Positions 59,688 through 64,000 of a stretch of 64,000 nt of DNA are shown here, piece after piece (the stretch's first letter is position 1; each line of letters opens with the position of its first letter). This DNA is from a virus (lineage: Duplodnaviria; Caudoviricetes), in the IMG/VR virus record IMGVR_UViG_2901966883_000003, one strand, 5' to 3'. A program made the translations under genes and the position numbers. The notes under the pieces were generated by a model. That model saw only the letters and a list, made by a program, of their open reading frames with translations. It ran no database searches and had not been told where the DNA came from.

Positions 59688-59893
59688 TATCCTGTACTCC
59701 CTTTCTTATCCTTCTCAATCTTATACTCTTATTATCATAGGTTTTTACAAGTTTATCAATATCAATTTCATTTTATCTATCTTGACTGATTGTAGCACGT
59801 CAACTCACCCTAAGTAACACGCTGACACCCTTTTAAATTGAAATTATTTTCAACTTCTATTCTTTGGTAAAAATTCTTTTAATCGCCTAACCA

Positions 59894-60190
59894 TTAGATG
59901 TGGTAGTCTACCAACTCAACATTGCAAAACATATCTGCGATGTATTCAAATAATATTCTGTACTGCTTATTTACTCTAATACTATATTTATTTTTCTTAC
60001 CACCCTTCATGCTGCCTTTTAGAAACTCTAAGCGATTAGAAGGTATTGCTTTTAAATCACCTACGCTATCTGCCTCATCTAATAATGCCAACTTCTTGTA
60101 TGCTGTTTTTTGTATTTGATGTGGTATCTTCTTAGAAAACTTTTTCTTGTAAATCATTTCTGTATTTTTATCTGCGAATGTTAATTCCAT
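59894..60190 (-). CDS. higB: HigB/RelE-family toxin
   Basis: FADKNTE, KKL..LD.A, P.NRLE.LKG, YSIRVNKQYRI.F, VDYH. Confidence 0.88.
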   Translation of the reverse strand: MELTFADKNTEMIYKKKFSKKIPHQIQKTAYKKLALLDEADSVGDLKAIPSNRLEFLKGSMKGGKKNKYSIRVNKQYRILFEYIADMFCNVELVDYHI

Positions 60191-60207
60191 GTTAAATTCC
60201 TCCTTGA

Positions 60208-60954
60208 TTATGCCCATCTCTTACCAATGCCTTTATTTCTATTTAAACTTCCAGCTTTACCAAATTTTCCATATTGAGCTGCGAACCCATTTGCTAATAC
60301 GTAAACATTCTTTTTACCCAATCTCCTCATTAACAACTTTGAGTCTGGTGCAAGTGAGTCATGATTTTTTTGGATGTAATCCCAGAAGCTAGTGCATTCA
60401 TATTTCTTGAATAAATTTTCCATACCGTTAATTAATTCTTTATCTGTAGCATATTTCCATGTACTTCTTACACCATGTGGTAGTTCACCGTACTTTTCCA
60501 CGTAAGCGTGAATAAAGTCGCCATAAGTAAAATCATGATTTAAGAATGTTCCAAAACCAATGCCAATATCATTCTTAAAATACTTACTCAATTCAGTTTG
60601 CATACCATAACCACCTTCGTGCATAGCTGTTACCGCTTCGTCCATAATTCTTTTTCTGAAGCTATCACTTTTCCATGCTTGCTTACCTACTTTTGCATAC
60701 TTCTTACCTAAATTACGTTTACCTGTTTCACTACTTTCTTTTCGTGAGATTGACTTAAAACCAATTTCTTCTATAAATTCAATCCATGTCATCTTAGATT
60801 TTGAAAAGATAAAACTTGGACTTGGTGCTTTACCACGAATGTACCCGTCATTGTAAGATTGTACCTTTGGGTTATCTTGAATGCCCAATCGTATAATTTC
60901 ATTTCTAACAACTTCTTTCATATGTTCTAAATCCTTGTATTCAAATTTTTCCAT
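60208..60954 (-). CDS. Protein with homing-endonuclease-associated-type repeats
   Basis: EIIRLG...Y...APS...W unit shared with 62125-62811. Confidence 0.5.
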   Translation of the reverse strand: MEKFEYKDLEHMKEVVRNEIIRLGIQDNPKVQSYNDGYIRGKAPSPSFIFSKSKMTWIEFIEEIGFKSISRKESSETGKRNLGKKYAKVGKQAWKSDSFRKRIMDEAVTAMHEGGYGMQTELSKYFKNDIGIGFGTFLNHDFTYGDFIHAYVEKYGELPHGVRSTWKYATDKELINGMENLFKKYECTSFWDYIQKNHDSLAPDSKLLMRRLGKKNVYVLANGFAAQYGKFGKAGSLNRNKGIGKRWA

Positions 60955-61132
60955 GATTAATTCCTACTTTCTTTTATTTATTTTTAAAGCTCATTGTTCT
61001 GAACTTTTAGATACCCCCTATTTCTAGGAAATATTTAAAAACCCAGAACGCTGGGAAAAAATAATTTTTTGTGTTAATCTTTAGTTGTTCGTGCTAAAGA
61101 TAATTTTTCAAAATTATTTTTATTTTGGTATC

Positions 61133-61954
61133 TTAATCTTGATTGTTTCTTTCAATCATAGGTAAGATGCCTTTTTCTTTTAAGATGTCGTACAATGCCA
61201 AACGACCTTTTTGTGTCCACTTAGTGTACATTGTTACCTTGTCACCATAGCTAGTTGGAATAATTTTTGTTTCTGATGAAGTCCAACCCTTATCTTGGTA
61301 TTTAGAATATAAGAACCATGTTCCGCTTTGCTTGTATTGAATTTTTAATTCCTTCAACTTTTGGTTCATACCTTTACCACTCATACCATAATCCTTAGCA
61401 ATTTGTGTAATTGATACAAGCGATGGATTTTGTAAAATAATGTCGTAGTAAGTTACTTTTGGTTTGGCTTCACTTAATTGTTGTTCAACCATTAATTTTT
61501 CTTCTTTGGTCTTTTGATGTGCCAATCTTTCTTCTTTTAATTGTGTAGCTAATTTGATGATTGTATCTGGATTAGTTAAAATTTCTTCCACAGTTTCTTC
61601 TGTCATATAAGCACCATGTTTACGAATTGATGGTAAAACTTCTTCTGTTACCCAATCTTGAAATTTTTCTGCTACTGGATTATTTGCCTTAATTGCGAGC
61701 TTGTAAAATTGTGGTTCTGTAATGAAATCACCTTTCCCCACATGTGGGGAATTTTCTCCTTTCCGCATATGTGCGGAAACATTATTCAAATAATTATTGA
61801 TTCTTTCCCATTTTACGTAGGTCTTGCCATTCTTGACTTGAGTAATACCCAAACCAATCGCAGCTTGTTCTGCATTGAAATAAACTTGTCCATCAATTTC
61901 CTTAACTGCTAAATCTTGACCTTCAAAATTAAAACTTTGTAATTCATTTGACAT
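61133..61954 (-). CDS. Phage antirepressor (Bro-N + KilAC/ANT)
   Basis: AEKFQDWVTEEVLPSIRKHGAYM, KPKVTYYD, TKWTQKGR. Confidence 0.92.
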   Translation of the reverse strand: MSNELQSFNFEGQDLAVKEIDGQVYFNAEQAAIGLGITQVKNGKTYVKWERINNYLNNVSAHMRKGENSPHVGKGDFITEPQFYKLAIKANNPVAEKFQDWVTEEVLPSIRKHGAYMTEETVEEILTNPDTIIKLATQLKEERLAHQKTKEEKLMVEQQLSEAKPKVTYYDIILQNPSLVSITQIAKDYGMSGKGMNQKLKELKIQYKQSGTWFLYSKYQDKGWTSSETKIIPTSYGDKVTMYTKWTQKGRLALYDILKEKGILPMIERNNQD

Positions 61955-62124
61955 GTATATGTCCTCCTGTATATTTAAAATTTATTTTTATTTATAATTA
62001 ATTAATTATTAATACTATATATAAACTTTTATGATTTACCACCGTACTTTAACGTACGCTTGTTAAACAATCAATTTAACCACCACCTTAAAGCGATGAC
62101 ACCCTTTTAAATTCAAACTATTTT

Positions 62125-62811
62125 TTAGTACATAATTTCTCTAATAATTTCTTTCCACTTCTTACCAGTACGAACCATTACTGTCGTTGGTGAAGGGCTA
62201 GTTTCTTTATTTCTTTTTTCTTCATATTCATGTCGTCTGTATGGATATTTCATACCTAAACGAATTATTTCTGCCTTTAATTCGTCCAAAATATCCTCGG
62301 TTGGTTTCTTAATTCTTTTTTGTTTTAAGCCCAATCTTTCAAGCACTTCATCCCAACTCAAGTTGTATCTACGTTTCATAGCAATCGGTACTGGTGCTTT
62401 TCCAATCTGTAAATTTTTTCTATAAACAGTTGCTCTAGGATTTTCTTCGATACCTTGACGGTAGATTTCTTCTTTAATCAGTGTTAAAACTTCGTCTAGT
62501 GTGTACTTATCAAACTCGAATCTTCTTTCACGCTTTAAATTCAATCTGTTTTTTATTTTTTCTTTATCCAAAGACATAACCATAACACTCTTATTCCACT
62601 TAACATTTAAGTAGCTATCTGCCATGCCTTCATCTGCACCCCATACTTTCAACTTCATGTTTAATTTCTTTTTAAACATATCTAATAATTCTTGCTGAAT
62701 AACAACTAACTTAACATCATCTACTGTATTTAAAGCTGCAAGCACCTTATTTTGCATTTGTAGCTCACGTTCAAATTGTTTGACTTCTACCAAAATTTTT
62801 TCTTTTTCCAT
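62125..62811 (-). CDS. Protein with two EI.R.G...Y...P...W repeats
   Basis: Internal duplication; paralogous to 60208-60954. Confidence 0.55.
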   Translation of the reverse strand: MEKEKILVEVKQFERELQMQNKVLAALNTVDDVKLVVIQQELLDMFKKKLNMKLKVWGADEGMADSYLNVKWNKSVMVMSLDKEKIKNRLNLKRERRFEFDKYTLDEVLTLIKEEIYRQGIEENPRATVYRKNLQIGKAPVPIAMKRRYNLSWDEVLERLGLKQKRIKKPTEDILDELKAEIIRLGMKYPYRRHEYEEKRNKETSPSPTTVMVRTGKKWKEIIREIMY

Positions 62812-63089
62812 TATTTTTCACCACCATTCAAAATTTCACGAATTTCATTAAAGTAATTACTCATCAGAAACTTAGTTACTAACGTTGGATAGTTGTATGT
62901 AAAGCCGAATCCTTCATAAAATTTTTCTTCATGCAATAACTCGCCCATTGCATTTTCATATCCAATAGTTAAGATTTTGTTTACCAGAATGTATGCAACA
63001 CTCTTTTCTTCTAGGTTCAATTCTTTGTCGTTAATTGCTTTTAATGATACGTTTAATAATTTTGTTGCTAATTCTTCTTTGTTTTCCAT
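62811..63089 (-). CDS. Hypothetical phage protein
   Basis: AAAGGGTG RBS. Confidence 0.6.
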   Translation of the reverse strand: MENKEELATKLLNVSLKAINDKELNLEEKSVAYILVNKILTIGYENAMGELLHEEKFYEGFGFTYNYPTLVTKFLMSNYFNEIREILNGGEK

Positions 63090-63128
63090 ATTTAAGACAC
63101 CCTTTCAAATTCAAATTGTTTTTGCTGC

Positions 63129-63725
63129 CTAAAATTGATAATGAAATTCTTTATTTTTGCAAACTAAGTTACTGTACGTATGTGCTTTAATCATTCTTTT
63201 TCCATCAAAACGATAAGCACCTCGATTGCACCAATCGTAAATATTGTAAGGTTGGACACCATATTCTTTGCTGGCAACGTGTACATCATCATATGTTTTG
63301 TGGATAATCATTTCTCTATCAATCAAGAAAATTCTTTTGCCATTTTCTCTTTGTGCCAGATAATCATCATGGTTATCTAATGCTGAGTACATATTGCTTA
63401 AACGCAATCCTTCGCTTTCTAAAATACTTTTTGTATGTCTACCGTAATGAAAGTTAATATCATGTTCGAGTATTTTTTGCAGTCTAAACACTCTATTAAT
63501 TTTTCTTTCACGTTTTGATTTAGGTATAATTTTTCCATTCTTACTAATTGAATGGTTGCTTATAACCTCAATACACATCTTCACTTCATCTTTTAATTTG
63601 TTATCCTTTATGCCATTGAAAAATCTATTGTCTATCTTTCGCCAGTCTTTCGGAAATTCTTTACCAGTAGACAAGCAAAACTCAAACAGATAATTCAAGG
63701 CTTCGCCATATCGTATAGCTTGCAT
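63129..63725 (-). CDS. Hypothetical phage protein
   Basis: AGGAGTG RBS. Confidence 0.6.
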   Translation of the reverse strand: MQAIRYGEALNYLFEFCLSTGKEFPKDWRKIDNRFFNGIKDNKLKDEVKMCIEVISNHSISKNGKIIPKSKRERKINRVFRLQKILEHDINFHYGRHTKSILESEGLRLSNMYSALDNHDDYLAQRENGKRIFLIDREMIIHKTYDDVHVASKEYGVQPYNIYDWCNRGAYRFDGKRMIKAHTYSNLVCKNKEFHYQF

Positions 63726-64000
63726 ATAATCACTCCTAAAATTATTTTTTTAGTTTGAATTGTGTTTCAAACTGATAAGGTAAAAAGGAATCGAACCTTA
63801 AAATGCAATAAATTATTTTATTGTATTATACCAATTACCCTACATACCAACGTTTCTAAGGTTTATAAAATCGTTATTTTATCCGAACACTATATTTCAT
63901 CAATATTTATTTCCACAAACCGACCATCAATCAATTCACTAAAAGTTACATCATCATATTTACAGTTAAAAATTTCTTTATAATCGAATACCAAACCCTG

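Noticed and set aside
507-63983. Many antisense or shadow ORFs in the ORF track (e.g. 507-776, 21574-21963, 45361-45657, 51882-52286, 63762-63983)
   Set aside because: Mostly nested opposite well-supported genes; no RBS or recognisable motifs

Overview
64 kb of an AT-rich, large temperate Firmicute phage or phage-plasmid, organised like SPbeta. The host is probably Lactobacillaceae (inferred from the GH25-LysM lysin, nucleoside deoxyribosyltransferase, PnuC and TnpB type). No structural genes and no cas genes are recognisable in the window. The left arm (1-27.4 kb, + strand) carries the lysin, primase, a nuclease, DnaE, an ATP-dependent ligase, four MTase-like genes, tandem paralog families, a TnpB and tdk. 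The right arm (27.7-64 kb, - strand) carries nucleoside-salvage genes, RecD2, a DnaB-like helicase, an SSAP/SSB-like pair, IscB, tyrosine-recombinase-fold genes, a HigB-like toxin and an antirepressor. The arms converge on a Firmicute-type dif site (27593-27620), next to two candidate type I toxin-antitoxin loci. The most unusual part is a roughly 4.3 kb, mostly non-coding minus-strand unit (32380-36680). (i) It contains an intact TnpB whose omega-RNA runs straight into a type I-E-like leader and a 4-repeat mini CRISPR array; one spacer matches this genome about 280 bp upstream of that tnpB. (ii) It contains a series of anticodon-less or defective tRNA-like elements that punctuate hairpin-framed segments antisense to ribosome-binding-site/start-codon-like sequences, a candidate tRNA-processed antisense sRNA array. 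A 24-bp element repeats at several promoters and may be the operator of an MrpR-like recombinase-fold repressor. All family calls come from motif recognition by eye; no database searches were run.
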